Positions 10,618 through 22,890 of a stretch of 64,000 nt of DNA are shown here, piece after piece (position 1 is the stretch's first letter; each line of letters begins with the position of its first letter). The notes below the pieces were generated by a model. It did not search any database. It was given only the letters and a program-made list of their open reading frames with translations, and was not told the origin of the DNA. The position numbers and the translations under genes are program-made. The DNA lies in the NCBI RefSeq assembly GCF_050920415.1, contig NZ_CP169309.1; one strand, given 5' to 3'. This DNA comes from Escherichia coli (GTDB taxonomy: Bacteria; Pseudomonadota; Gammaproteobacteria; Enterobacterales; Enterobacteriaceae).

Positions 10618-12465
10618 TTACCTGATTAATTGTTCCGCTTTCGATACGATTTGCGAGCTGGATCGCGCAGGCAGATCATAATTGTAAATATCTGTACGAT
10701 ACTGGGTACGACCATCTGCACCAACAAAGGCCGTCAGATAGAAGAGATTCACCGGAATCGACTGCCGAATATTGACGTAACGCGTATCGCCCTGCTTCAG
10801 CGCATCAGAAATACGTTTGTCATTCCAGCCTGCATCCTGCAACAGCATATTCGCCAGATCGGAAGCTTTATTCACTCGTACACAGCCTGAGCTCAATGCG
10901 CGTGTATCACGCTTGAACAGATTGTGGTTCGGCGTGTCATGCAAATAAATGGCCTCTGAACTCGGCATATTGAATTTATAGCGCCCCAGCGAGTTCCGTG
11001 GGCCTGGAGCCTGCTGGAAGCGGAACGGTAAATTCGAGGCCGTGATTGTAGACCAGTCAACCTGCCACGGATCAATCGCCTCCCTGCTGTTCCAACCGCG
11101 CATCACCGTATAGCCATGGCTTTCGAGATATCCCGGATCGTTGCGCACTTTCGGCAGAATATCTTTGCGTGCCAGAGTTGGTGGTACATTCCACGGCGGG
11201 TTTACCACCACGTTGTTAAGGGCACTGCTCATCATTGGCGTTTTGCGATCGGGGCGACCGACAATGACTCGCGAATCCAGCACCTGATTGCCGTTCTGAT
11301 AGTAGACCAGCGAATAGGCCGGAATGTTAACCATGATCCCGGTAGAAAGCTCTGTTGGCAGCAAGCGCAATCGCTGGATGTTGAGTGCCAACACGCCAGC
11401 ACGCTGGGCGGGCGTTACGTTTAACCAGTCACGCGTTGCCGGGCCAATAGCACCATCTGCCCCCAATCCTTGCCATGCCTGAAAACGTTTAACGGCTTCC
11501 ACCAGTTCATTATCGTAGGCGGCACGAACGACAGGCGCAGGTTTACTACGAGACGTAGTTTGCTTGTCCATCGGCTTAGTTTCTGCTGTTTCAACAGTAA
11601 CAGCGGATGGGCTGACTACCGCGTCAGTTGGCGTGTCATCGCCAGGTAGCGTAATTTTCGGCCCCCCGTCCAGCATGCCTGTACGCTGCAATATTTCGCG
11701 CAACGCCGGTACGTCGTTACTCCACTGCCCTGGGCGCAACGTTGCTTTGCCGGTCAGTTGGGGCCACGGTTTGGTGTCACTGAGTAAGGCCAGTAAAGAT
11801 TCATGCATCGCCGCATATTGCGGATGCTGCGGTGCCAGTCCTGCAACAAACGTCGGCAATTGACCTTTATCCAGCGCCAGCTGCCATTGGTTAATCACCG
11901 AGAGCGGCGGCGTGGAAAGCGCATAAGGTTTACTGCTGTATAACCAGCGAGTGCCTTTGACTGGAATATTTGCGATGAAATGGAGATAGCCCATCATCGC
12001 ATCAGAGAGCACCACATCGCGTGCCATCCCGTTAATACCAGGATCGGTCAGCAACTCTACCCATTTATTAAACTGCGGCTGGAAACCGGCAATCGCCACT
12101 TCTGCCAGCTGTTGCTGGAAGGCTTTAACAGCATCACGGTTTTCCCACATGGGTTGCATATCGCGTGCGGCATACAACAGTTGAAGCTGGTTAAGATAAA
12201 CCGGCTTATAGCCTGCAGGTAATTGAGATTCGATTTGCGTGCGGGCTTTTTCTGCCGCACCTTCAGGCAATGGCTGGATCCCCGCCATTATTGCCGTGGC
12301 CTGCGCCTGCGGCAGTGCCTCGCCCTGTTCGCTGACAGCCACCGGGCTGTCGCCAGGGATTACTTCAGGCTCATCGGCCTGAGCATTGAACAGTGGAGCG
12401 AATGTTACGGCCACGCACAAACTGATTGCCGACAGCCGACGACCACACATCATATTAAGCAACAT
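10618..12465 (-). CDS. ldtD: L,D-transpeptidase LdtD (YcbB)
   Basis: 615-aa ORF; YkuD-type catalytic region [23 protein letters not shown] with the active-site Cys visible; N-terminal signal sequence. Confidence 0.9.
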   Translation of the reverse strand: MLLNMMCGRRLSAISLCVAVTFAPLFNAQADEPEVIPGDSPVAVSEQGEALPQAQATAIMAGIQPLPEGAAEKARTQIESQLPAGYKPVYLNQLQLLYAARDMQPMWENRDAVKAFQQQLAEVAIAGFQPQFNKWVELLTDPGINGMARDVVLSDAMMGYLHFIANIPVKGTRWLYSSKPYALSTPPLSVINQWQLALDKGQLPTFVAGLAPQHPQYAAMHESLLALLSDTKPWPQLTGKATLRPGQWSNDVPALREILQRTGMLDGGPKITLPGDDTPTDAVVSPSAVTVETAETKPMDKQTTSRSKPAPVVRAAYDNELVEAVKRFQAWQGLGADGAIGPATRDWLNVTPAQRAGVLALNIQRLRLLPTELSTGIMVNIPAYSLVYYQNGNQVLDSRVIVGRPDRKTPMMSSALNNVVVNPPWNVPPTLARKDILPKVRNDPGYLESHGYTVMRGWNSREAIDPWQVDWSTITASNLPFRFQQAPGPRNSLGRYKFNMPSSEAIYLHDTPNHNLFKRDTRALSSGCVRVNKASDLANMLLQDAGWNDKRISDALKQGDTRYVNIRQSIPVNLFYLTAFVGADGRTQYRTDIYNYDLPARSSSQIVSKAEQLIR

Positions 12466-12685
12466 CCCTTGCCCCCTGTTTTTATCATACTCTGAATAGC
12501 CAGGCTGTTATTTTACGACTTGCCTGTACAACGCCAATACTCACGAAAGTATGACGAGCAAGCCTGTTACTCATCAGGCTTATCTTCAGTATATAAACGC
12601 CGATACGTTTTTACATAACCTAATGTAAAGAAGTTTAAAGAAAAGCGCGCCAGAATGTGGCACTTTTTTAGTGCAGAAACGGAGT

Positions 12686-12719
12686 TTTCAGAAACAGGAA
12701 AGGCGGCATCGCTGCCGCC
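12686..12719 (-). terminator. Candidate rho-independent terminator downstream of mukB
   Basis: Seen directly: on the minus strand, hairpin GGCGGCAGCGATGCCGCC followed by a T-rich tract (TTTCCTGTTTCTG) just after the mukB stop. Confidence 0.6.
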
Positions 12720-12725
12720 TCAATC

Positions 12726-15700
12726 TTAACTCGCCTGGGAAGGCGCTTCGTCAGTTCCTGGAAGCGTTTCAGGGAGTTGCGGTGCAAAACCACGCAGACC
12801 GACTACGTGAACGTGTTCGGTATTCTGGAAGACTTTACGCACCAGTTTATAGGTGGTGCCTTTTTCCGGGCTGATATTTTCCGGCGCTGCGATGATGAGC
12901 TGCATTTGCAAACGCTCACACAATTCAAACAGCGTGGCGATGGAACGGGCATCCAGTCGCGCTGCTTCATCAAGGAACAGCAGACGGCAAGGAGAGATAT
13001 CTTTACCGCGCAAGCGGCGAGATTCATCTTCCCAACTCTGTACCACCATCACCAGAATCGACATACCGGTACCAATAGCCTCACCGGTCGACAATGCACC
13101 AGACTCCGCGCGCAACCAGCCATCGGAACCACGGTTAACCTCAACTTCCATTTCAAGATAGTTACGGTAATCCAGCAGTTCTTCACCGATGGTCTGCGGC
13201 GTGCGCTGCCCCATATCAATCTGCGGATTAAGGCGCTGATACAGTTTCGCCAGCGCTTCCGAGAAGGTCAGACGGTTGCTGTTAAACAGATCCTGATGTT
13301 GTTCGTGCTGTTCAGAGAGCACATCCAGCAGCATGGCGTGCGTTTCACGCACGTTCACGTTGAGGCGCACGCTGTTCACCTGACCGAACGATACGTTCTG
13401 CAAGCCCTGGTTGAGCATACGGATACGGTTCTGCTCGCGCTGAATAGTTTTACGGATGATGTTCGCCACGCTGCGGGAACTGATCGCCAGTTTCTGTTCG
13501 CGGGACGTTAACTCTTCAGTCAGACGGCTAAGTTCGATCTCCATCTGCTCGATAGCTTCAACCGGATCATCGGTACGAATAATATCCTGACGAATACGCT
13601 CGCGCAGATGCTGATAAACCGCCACGAAGAACTGAATTTTACGTTCCGGACGTTTTGGATCTTCCGACATACGCAGCACGTCGCGCAGATGTTCGTTATC
13701 CGCTACCGCGAGACGCAACGCACCCAACGCCTTATCCGACATGGAACGCAAATCATCAGCGGAGAGATAAGCCAGCTCACGACGGTGTAAGCGGCGCTCA
13801 ACACCGTTATCTTTCACCATGCGCATCACTGCACACCAGCCCGCTTTCGCGGTCACTACCTGCTCGCGCATCTCAAAGTAATCACGCTCCAGCTTGCGCA
13901 GTTTGCGGGTCAGGTTGTCCATCTCCGCTTCGCAGAAGGTAAGCGCTTTTTCCAGTTGGTTGCGACGTGAACGGTTATTGCTCAGCTGCGCATGTAACTC
14001 ATCACGGCGAATACGCGCCCGCTCTTCTGCCCCGCTATCAGCACGCACGCCGATATCCTGCAATTCACGTTGCAGATCGTTGAGTAGCTCTTTTTTGGTG
14101 TCATACGAACTTTTCAGCGAAGCCAGTACCTGATTGTACTGACTTAACTGCGCGGCGTGTCCGCGCAACGCTTCACGAGCGCGGGTACGCTCCGCTTCCG
14201 CCTGTTCCAGACGTTCACGCAGTTTTTCGTTGAGATCGCTGTTACCGCTAAGCATTTCTGCCGAGTCAGAGTAGCTAAAGTGCGCACGACGCTGCACCAC
14301 TTCCGTCAGGGCAAACGCCTGCTGACGGGCATCGCGCTGCATCTGCTGAGAGTACGCGTAATCTTCTTTTAACTGTTCGAACTGTTCCGGGTCACTCTGC
14401 AATACCGAAACGATCGGTTCCAGTTTCGCCAGTTGATTACCGAACTGCTGAACAAAACGCGCGGCTTCCTGGGCTTCATCCAGACGTTCGCGGATTTCAT
14501 CGACGCGATCCGCCAGGCTGTCATCAGCCAACAGGTTGAGACGCGGCAGAATGCGGTTCAGCGCCGTAACGCCTTCTTTCGCCTGCTCAAACTGAATACG
14601 CTGCTGCTGGTTATCATTTTCATGATTACTCAACGCCCGCTCCAGTTCGACGCGACGGCTGTTCAGTTGACGGATTTCGGCTTCCGGATCAGACTCAAAC
14701 GCCACCGCCAGATGGCTGCCGATAAAGCGGCTGAACGCCTGATGCAGACGCTGGGTTTTCTGTACATCAAAGGAGAGCGTGGCGAAGCGTTCGGAAAGCA
14801 CTTCACGCTCGGCATGGAGGCTTTCGATGCGGCTTTCGCGCGCCGCGCGTCCAAACAGCGGCACTTCCGGGAAACGTGAATAACGCCACTGACGATCGGC
14901 GATTTTCACCACTACCGCTTTTTCCAGCTCATCAACGCTGAACACGCTGTCATCGAATGACTGCGGATCCCCTTCGATCAGATAGAGATCTTCCGGGCAA
15001 TCGGTCAAGCCTTCCAGGTGTTCGGTTACCTGTGACAGATCTGGCACCACGATGGCGTGGCGTGACGGGCCATACAGCGCCGAGAAGTACGGCGCATCTT
15101 CCAGGCTAACATCGTCATAAATTTCTGACAGCAACACGCCGCCAAAACGCTCCGCCAGCGCATTCAGACGCTGGTCTTCAGAACCACCTGGCTGGCTTAA
15201 ACGTTCGATCTCTTCATCGACGGCGTTTTTGCGCGCGCCTACTTCATCGCGTTCAACAATCGCCTCGCGCTCACGCTCCAGCAACTGTTGCAGAAATTCG
15301 GTGACATCCTGGCTTGAGGAGAATTCTTCGCCGCACTGTTCGCTCAACTGGTTGAGACTGTTTTGCGCTGCCAGCCAAACCGGCGCACGCTGCATCAAAC
15401 TCTGAATGCGAGACTGCAGCTGTTCCTGCTCCTGGCGCAGTGCCATACGCTCTTCGCGGGCGTTAGACACGCTATTGGAAAGAGAGGCAATGCGCGCTTC
15501 CAGCTCCTGATGCAGAGCTTCCAGTTCATCAATATCAAAATTCTTGCCCTGACGTTTGCAGAAATCTGCCAGCAGACGCTCAGCTTCTTGCTGTTCGCGC
15601 AGACGCTGTTCCAGTTCGCTTAAGCGCATTCGCAACGGCTGAACCTGCTCTGCCAGGTGACGCTGATCGACCCCTTCGCGCAGCAGTTCGCGAGCGACAT

Positions 15701-17186
15701 CCCACGCCTCGTTACGCGCCAGCGGGCCGTTGATTGCCACCACCAGCTGATAAGCCTGCTCAAACTGGCTGTGCGCGGTTTGCGCCATGCTCATTTTCTG
15801 CTCAAGAGAGAGCATTTTTTCAGTCGCTTCCAGCTCTTTCGCCTGGAAGGTTTCCAGCCATTCGGCGGCGCTGTCGGCGGTTAAGTCCGGCAGATGGCAC
15901 AGTTCTTTGGCACGATTAAGCGCAGCAATCGCCTGGTTATACTGGATCGCGCGCGTTTGCTGGACGTCCAGCGCCTGCTGGTAGTCAGCAAGCTGGCTTT
16001 TCAGCTCGTCCACTTCCAGTTCGGCAGCTTCCGCACGAGCCTCATTCTCTTCCTGGCGTTCGATGGCTTCTGCCACCACTTCGTTTTGCTCTTCCAGACG
16101 GATCTGCAGCTCATCGAGATCCGCTTCGTAGCGTTCGATCTTCTCCTGCTGACGCAGTGCGGTTTGCACCAGGTTCAGGTGATCGCTGGCCGCCTGATAA
16201 TCCGCTTCCAGATCGCCTTCGGCACCGTTGTGCTCTGCCAGTTCACGCGCCATATCGACGTGTTTGTACTGCTCAGCCGCCAGTTGCTGACGCGAAGTGT
16301 GAAGCTCACGACGAAACTCCAGCGCTTTATCCAGGTGAACACGGCGCTCGTTGGCGTGGCGCATGTAGTCCGCCGCCACGTAGTTAGTCGCTTCGCTGAT
16401 CAGATGCTTGAACAAGTCACGGTCAGACTGGGTAACACGAATCGCTTCCAGCGTCATACGGTTTTCACGCAGCGCCGCTTCCATGTCCTGAAACGCTTTG
16501 CGCACGCCGCTATTTTCTGGCAACAGGTAGTCGCGCAGAGAACGGGTGATGGCGCTGGAAATCCCGCCGTACAGCGAAGCTTCAATCAGACGATAGAATT
16601 TACTACGATCAGACGCTGAGCGCAGACGACGTGCGATGATGCCCAGATCGAACATCAGCGAGTGGTAATCGGTAATGGAGTTGAACTGCTTAAACTGCAC
16701 GCCTTCCATCGCTTCGAGCTTGTCTTTCAGCTCGTTAAGCGGGAGCACGCGCGCCTGACGTTCATTCAGAGTTTCGGTCACCAGTTGTGTCGGCTGCACC
16801 GACATCGGCAAGCCCTGAATGGCAAATGGTTTGATATCAACTTTACGATCGCGCCCGGCAACCTGTTGCAGACGCACGCCGACCACCACGCGCTGATGGC
16901 GCGAGTTAATGGTGTCGAGCATCGAATAGCAGACACCCGCTTTCAGCTTACCGTGCAGACCTTTATCGCGCGAACCGCTGGTGGCCCCGGCTTCCGTGGT
17001 GTTACGGAAATGCAGCAGGGTCAGGTCGGGGATCAGCGCCGTAACGAACGCCGCCATGGTAGTAGATTTACCCGCACCGTTACCACCGGAGAGCGTCGTA
17101 ACCAGCTCATCGAGGTCAAAAGTTCGGGCAAAAAAGCCGTTCCAGTTAATCAGCGTCAGTGAGCGAAATTTACCGCGTTCAATCAT
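12726..17186 (-). CDS. mukB: Chromosome partition protein MukB (SMC-like condensin ATPase)
   Basis: 1486-aa ORF; Walker [10 protein letters not shown] near the N-terminus; long coiled-coil-type sequence; length matches MukB as recalled. Confidence 0.97.
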   Translation of the reverse strand: MIERGKFRSLTLINWNGFFARTFDLDELVTTLSGGNGAGKSTTMAAFVTALIPDLTLLHFRNTTEAGATSGSRDKGLHGKLKAGVCYSMLDTINSRHQRVVVGVRLQQVAGRDRKVDIKPFAIQGLPMSVQPTQLVTETLNERQARVLPLNELKDKLEAMEGVQFKQFNSITDYHSLMFDLGIIARRLRSASDRSKFYRLIEASLYGGISSAITRSLRDYLLPENSGVRKAFQDMEAALRENRMTLEAIRVTQSDRDLFKHLISEATNYVAADYMRHANERRVHLDKALEFRRELHTSRQQLAAEQYKHVDMARELAEHNGAEGDLEADYQAASDHLNLVQTALRQQEKIERYEADLDELQIRLEEQNEVVAEAIERQEENEARAEAAELEVDELKSQLADYQQALDVQQTRAIQYNQAIAALNRAKELCHLPDLTADSAAEWLETFQAKELEATEKMLSLEQKMSMAQTAHSQFEQAYQLVVAINGPLARNEAWDVARELLREGVDQRHLAEQVQPLRMRLSELEQRLREQQEAERLLADFCKRQGKNFDIDELEALHQELEARIASLSNSVSNAREERMALRQEQEQLQSRIQSLMQRAPVWLAAQNSLNQLSEQCGEEFSSSQDVTEFLQQLLEREREAIVERDEVGARKNAVDEEIERLSQPGGSEDQRLNALAERFGGVLLSEIYDDVSLEDAPYFSALYGPSRHAIVVPDLSQVTEHLEGLTDCPEDLYLIEGDPQSFDDSVFSVDELEKAVVVKIADRQWRYSRFPEVPLFGRAARESRIESLHAEREVLSERFATLSFDVQKTQRLHQAFSRFIGSHLAVAFESDPEAEIRQLNSRRVELERALSNHENDNQQQRIQFEQAKEGVTALNRILPRLNLLADDSLADRVDEIRERLDEAQEAARFVQQFGNQLAKLEPIVSVLQSDPEQFEQLKEDYAYSQQMQRDARQQAFALTEVVQRRAHFSYSDSAEMLSGNSDLNEKLRERLEQAEAERTRAREALRGHAAQLSQYNQVLASLKSSYDTKKELLNDLQRELQDIGVRADSGAEERARIRRDELHAQLSNNRSRRNQLEKALTFCEAEMDNLTRKLRKLERDYFEMREQVVTAKAGWCAVMRMVKDNGVERRLHRRELAYLSADDLRSMSDKALGALRLAVADNEHLRDVLRMSEDPKRPERKIQFFVAVYQHLRERIRQDIIRTDDPVEAIEQMEIELSRLTEELTSREQKLAISSRSVANIIRKTIQREQNRIRMLNQGLQNVSFGQVNSVRLNVNVRETHAMLLDVLSEQHEQHQDLFNSNRLTFSEALAKLYQRLNPQIDMGQRTPQTIGEELLDYRNYLEMEVEVNRGSDGWLRAESGALSTGEAIGTGMSILVMVVQSWEDESRRLRGKDISPCRLLFLDEAARLDARSIATLFELCERLQMQLIIAAPENISPEKGTTYKLVRKVFQNTEHVHVVGLRGFAPQLPETLPGTDEAPSQAS

Positions 17187-17890
17187 TATTCTTCCTCTCC
17201 GCTATCTGGCTGATTCTCTTCGGTTTCATCGTTGAGTTGCAGATGATTTTCAATCGGCATTGCTTCGCCATCACGAATCAGGCGACGCTGTGCTTCACGG
17301 GGATCGTCGCCAGCACGCACATCGGCTCCGAAGCGGAACACCGATTCGGTAATGCGGAACTTGCTGCTGTCGTGGCCCATAAACCACACCATGCCTAAAC
17401 GACGCAGACGGTTGAGCGAAGAACGTACTTTCTCCTGCAACTTCTGCCGGTCAACGTCTGAACCGGTTGAACGGTTGTTCACCAGTTTCAGCAGTTTCGC
17501 TTCATCGGCCAGGGTGAGCAGTTCATCGTACAGTTCCTGCTGGGTGAAAATCCCCTCATTCGCCAGCCGTTCCGGGCTGAGATAAAGATAACAGAGGATT
17601 TTCCCGACCATCATATCCAGTTCCGACAAGACGGAACGAGGGATAATAGTGGTGGAACGTGGGCGTAAATAGAAGAACCCCTCCGGTGCGCGAATAAGCT
17701 CAACGTTATAACGCGCGTAAAATTCTTCCAGATATTCCTGAAAATCCATCAGGAATGCATGATTATCCAGTTCGTCAAGGCCAATATGGCGGCCTGAACG
17801 TAAGGCGCTATCCAGCGCCGGAAATAACGGATTCGCCAGCGCCTGCGCCAGCTTAACCGGCATCACTTGTTCAATATTTGTCGATGACAT
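17186..17890 (-). CDS. mukE: Chromosome partition protein MukE
   Basis: ORF track 17186..17917; start chosen at the ATG at 17890 ([14 protein letters not shown]), giving 234 aa; overlaps the mukF 3' end and abuts the mukB start, consistent with translational coupling. Confidence 0.88.
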
Positions 17891-19193
17891 GCGCCTGTAC
17901 CTTGGCTCCGTAATCATTAATCGGCTGCCATTTCGCTGGCAGTCCGGTGAAATCTGCTTGCGCTACGCCAAGACGTACCGCCTGATCAATAACAATGCGC
18001 GCAACGTCAAAGTGACGTGCACGCGGATACTGTGACAGATATTCGCGTACCACCAGACCAAGATCCAACGGCACTTGTCTGGTTTTGTACACGGCAAGTT
18101 GTTCTTCGATGATCGCCGCCAGCTGTTCGCGGATCTCGTTAAACTCTTCGTACTCCAGATCCTCAGGAAGTTCCCCAGTCACCTCTTCATCGCGCAGTGC
18201 CATCTCTTCGTCACGCATATCCAGCAGACGATCGGCATTGGCATAAGTTAGCGCCCACGGTTCATCAAAATAGGTTTGTACCGACTGACGTAACCGCTGA
18301 GCAAAGACGCGGTTTTTATCCATATCGATAGCGGTACGAATAAATTTGTGTACGTGGCGGTCGTAGCCAATCCATAAGTCGATGGATTGCTGGCCCCAGC
18401 TGATAATACGGTCAAGTTTGCTTTGCAGATCGAACACCAGACGATCGACGAAATGCAGATCATCATGAGTCATCGTCGCATCCTGAATGCGTAACAGATT
18501 AGCCTGCAATTTATCACCTGCCGCTTCCAGCGTATCCTGCAATTCACGCAGCGTTCCGGAAGTTTCCGAAAGCAACAATTCGCAGCTGGAAATCGCCGCC
18601 CGCCAGTCTTTGTTCAGCAACTGGGCGATATCATCTTTCACCTGCTGCTGCTGTTCGTCCATCAGACGTTGCGTCAGGTCGATGCTGTCGAAAATTTCTG
18701 CTACCGAATATTTCAGTGGCGCATAGACATTACGGTGCCAGTGAAACTCATCACCGCCCTCTTCGGCGGCATCTGCCGCGCGTTTCAGTTCGCCCGCCAC
18801 AATCGACAACTGCATAGAAAGGCGCAGCGTCGAAAACTCGCGCTGACGGATGTAGTAATCGGTAATACCGATGCCAAGCGGCGTCAGACGGTAAATTGCG
18901 TTCCCTTCAGCCTGCTCGCTGGTAAAGCGGTTCAGCAGACGTTGACGCACCATGTCGTTGATCGCGTTGTTGGCGCGCACGCCGATGGTTTCGCTGGTTT
19001 GCTCAAACGCATCACTCACATGGCGGAATGCATCCACCAGCTCGCCTTCACTCATCTCACCATCCAGACGCTCGCCGTTCAGCGTGGCAACTGCCAGCAG
19101 AAAAGAGAGTCGGTCTACCGGCAGCGAGATGGAGAAGTCATTTTTTCTGGCCCAGGCAACCAGTTCGGGGACTGTCTGGGAAAATTCACTCAT
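17871..19193 (-). CDS. mukF: Chromosome partition protein MukF (kleisin)
   Basis: 440-aa ORF, N-terminus [20 protein letters not shown]; immediately upstream of mukE-mukB. Confidence 0.95.
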
Positions 19194-19975
19194 ACTTTAT
19201 CCTTGCTCTGCGGTTTGCGCGCGGTGACATGAATATAACGCCCCAGGGTAATATACGGTTCCTGACGGCAATAACGCGTTTCTAATTCAAGTAATGCTTC
19301 ATAGCAGTCGCGCTGCTGGTGCTTCTCGCGCAGGTAATCATGAAACACGCGAACGCCGGTCTTACCCATAATTTGCCAACCAGCTTCTTCCAGCCACAGA
19401 TAAACCTGCGCCGGGTCGCGTGGATAATCTGGCGAAAGCGTCCGTTTTTTCTTTTTCGGCATTCCCGCCTGCACGTAATCAAAATTCCCGGCGACCATGT
19501 TATGCATCAGCAAGCCGTGCGCATTGTAGAACATTAACGACAACACACCGCCTGGACGTAACACTGACCACAGGGTCTGCAATACGCTGCGGGGATCGGC
19601 CACCCACTCGAGCACCGCATGGAACAATATCAGATCAACGGGCGTTTCCAAATGCGAAGCAACATCCTGAGCGGCGCAATGTATAAATTGCATGTTGTCG
19701 CTCACACCTTTTGCTTCTGCCGCCTGTTTTGCGCGGTCGATCATCTGCGCTGAAAGATCGCATAAAATGACCTGATGCCCACGCTCGGCCATTTTGATTG
19801 CGGTCTGCCCTTCTCCACCGCCAGCATCCAGCACACGCAGTTTTTGCGAGCCCATTTCCGCCAGCACGCGATCGAGATCCTGCCACAGAATAGCCTGTCG
19901 AAGCTGCCCTTTGGTGGTGCCGTAAATGTTACGGGAAAACTTTTCCGCAATATCATCAAAATTGCGATCCTGCAT
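19190..19975 (-). CDS. cmoM: SAM-dependent methyltransferase CmoM (SmtA), tRNA cmo5U methyl ester formation
   Basis: ORF track 19190..19987; start chosen at the ATG at 19975 ([13 protein letters not shown]); SAM-binding motif VLDAGGGEG visible; stop overlaps the mukF start (ATGA). Confidence 0.88.
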
Positions 19976-20110
19976 TGCTTTCTCCACCGGTTGGCTAAGA
20001 CGTTTTCTGATAAAGACGCTATTTTGTCACAGCCACGGCGAGAATGAACCCGTCTGGTGTAATATCGCTGGCGATCCCTTGCTATATGGTCAAAAAAGGA
20101 ACCAGAAAGG

Positions 20111-20890
20111 ATGCTTTTTACACTGAAAAAAGTGATTGGCAATATGTTGCTGCCACTTCCGCTGATGTTGCTGATTATTGGCGCTGGCCTGGCGCTGCTG
20201 TGGTTTAGCCGTTTTCAAAAAACCGGGAAGATTTTTATTAGCATTGGGTGGCTGGCGCTCTTGTTATTGAGTTTGCAACCGATAGCCGACCGCCTGCTGC
20301 GTCCCATCGAAAGCACCTATCCGACATGGAATAATTCGCAAAAAGTGGACTATATCGTGGTGCTCGGAGGTGGTTATACCTGGAACCCGCAGTGGGCACC
20401 GAGCTCTAATTTAATCAATAACAGTCTGCCACGCCTGAATGAAGGTATCCGCTTATGGCGCGAAAATCCGGGATCAAAACTGATCTTCACGGGAGGCGTA
20501 GCAAAAACCAATACGGTGAGTACAGCCGAAGTAGGTGCCCGAGTTGCGCAATCGCTGGGCGTGCCGCGCGAGCAAATTATCACTCTGGATTTGCCAAAAG
20601 ATACCGAAGAAGAAGCTGCGGCAGTGAAACAGGCAATTGGTGACGCACCTTTCCTGCTGGTGACCTCCGCATCACATCTGCCGCGGGCGATGATCTTTTT
20701 TCAGCAGGAAGGGTTAAATCCGCTACCAGCCCCGGCGAATCAGTTGGCCATCGACTCGCCGCTTAATCCGTGGGAACGAGCTATCCCTTCTCCAGTCTGG
20801 TTAATGCATAGCGATCGTGTTGGATATGAAACGCTTGGCCGCATCTGGCAGTGGCTGAAAGGTTCGTCAGGCGAGCCACGGCAAGAGTGA
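20111..20890 (+). CDS. elyC: Envelope biogenesis factor ElyC (YcbC), DUF218 family inner-membrane protein
   Basis: 259-aa ORF with an N-terminal hydrophobic segment; divergent from cmoM as in K-12. Confidence 0.85.
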   Translation: MLFTLKKVIGNMLLPLPLMLLIIGAGLALLWFSRFQKTGKIFISIGWLALLLLSLQPIADRLLRPIESTYPTWNNSQKVDYIVVLGGGYTWNPQWAPSSNLINNSLPRLNEGIRLWRENPGSKLIFTGGVAKTNTVSTAEVGARVAQSLGVPREQIITLDLPKDTEEEAAAVKQAIGDAPFLLVTSASHLPRAMIFFQQEGLNPLPAPANQLAIDSPLNPWERAIPSPVWLMHSDRVGYETLGRIWQWLKGSSGEPRQE

Positions 20891-21760
20891 TTTTGATGCC
20901 AGATCGAAGTTGCGCCGACTAAATCGTCCGGTATTAACCAGTTGCGCAACTTCATCCCATAACACATACAACCAACGCCGCCAGATGAACGACTCCGCCA
21001 CTGGCGCGCGTTGCAGATAACTCCAGAGCAAATCTTCCGCCAGAGAATTATCCATTAGTCGGAACAGTTCGTATTCTCGCGGTGCCCAAAGCATTAGTCC
21101 CGGTCCGACCATCGCCAGTAACTGATCGCTGCGCGAATCTTTCAGCATGCTGCCTAAACAGAAGTTACCGTGAATCAGCACACAATTGTCGTTAAAGCCT
21201 TCAAATAATGCCGGGAGACATTCACGGGTGCGAAACAGGATCCGCTTATCTTGCATCGTTAGACCGGTGTTATTGAACTGATTGAGCGTAGTCCATAGCA
21301 CTTCAACATGTTGCCGGTACCATGAGGGCCAGAAATTTTCCTGAGTATTGTCGACCGCGCCGACGCAACCACGACTGTCCTGACGGTGCCAGGCCAGTAA
21401 GGCTTCAACGATTTGGTCTTTGAGTTGTTCCCAGCGTTCTGGTGTTCGGGCTGGTGCCTCCACCGAAACACCACGCATTCGCTCCAGTAGCAGGACATCG
21501 GGGCCGGGGTGTTCTTCATGCGTCATCACACCATAAATAGTCGGCATACGGACAGTCCCACTTCTTGCCAGCATGGTGGTTTTCCATGCCAGTTGTCGGG
21601 CTCTTCCGGGCGCACTAAAGCTTCTTGCCATTAACGGCATTGGGTTTCCCTGGCTGTCATACAAAGCCCACAACGCCGTATCCGCTTTTTCATTGACGCA
21701 CTCAATACGACTGAGTTTTTCGCCCAGTAAATGGCTTAATTCGGCACGCAGCTGTTCCAT
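20867..21760 (-). CDS. ycbJ: Uncharacterised protein kinase-like / aminoglycoside phosphotransferase-fold protein YcbJ
   Basis: 297-aa ORF; the HGNF...D pattern resembles the catalytic loop of APH/choline-kinase-like phosphotransferases (inference); 3' end overlaps elyC by 24 nt in convergent orientation. Confidence 0.8.
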   Translation of the reverse strand: MEQLRAELSHLLGEKLSRIECVNEKADTALWALYDSQGNPMPLMARSFSAPGRARQLAWKTTMLARSGTVRMPTIYGVMTHEEHPGPDVLLLERMRGVSVEAPARTPERWEQLKDQIVEALLAWHRQDSRGCVGAVDNTQENFWPSWYRQHVEVLWTTLNQFNNTGLTMQDKRILFRTRECLPALFEGFNDNCVLIHGNFCLGSMLKDSRSDQLLAMVGPGLMLWAPREYELFRLMDNSLAEDLLWSYLQRAPVAESFIWRRWLYVLWDEVAQLVNTGRFSRRNFDLASKSLLPWLA

Positions 21761-21913
21761 TCAGATTACCCTCATAAAAGCTACTGCTTTCATAATGAGC
21801 GCCAATATAAAAGATGTCACCTGAATGAGATCAATTGTTGAAAAGAAAAATTGAGGAAAATCGTAACGGTACGACACTCCTCCCAAAATTGGCTGGAGTG
21901 TCGTGAAGTGAAA

Positions 21914-22839
<926 letters not shown>

Positions 22840-22890
22840 AGTTCCTCCAGATGGATCGGGTTATGAATGCATAAATCTTATCATAATCAT

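Noticed and set aside
12777-16619. Antisense ORFs inside mukB (e.g. 12777-13511, 244 aa; 15894-16619, 241 aa; 16662-17162, 166 aa)
   Set aside because: Embedded in the 1486-aa mukB reading frame on the opposite strand; low-complexity translations; there is no intergenic space to support independent genes.
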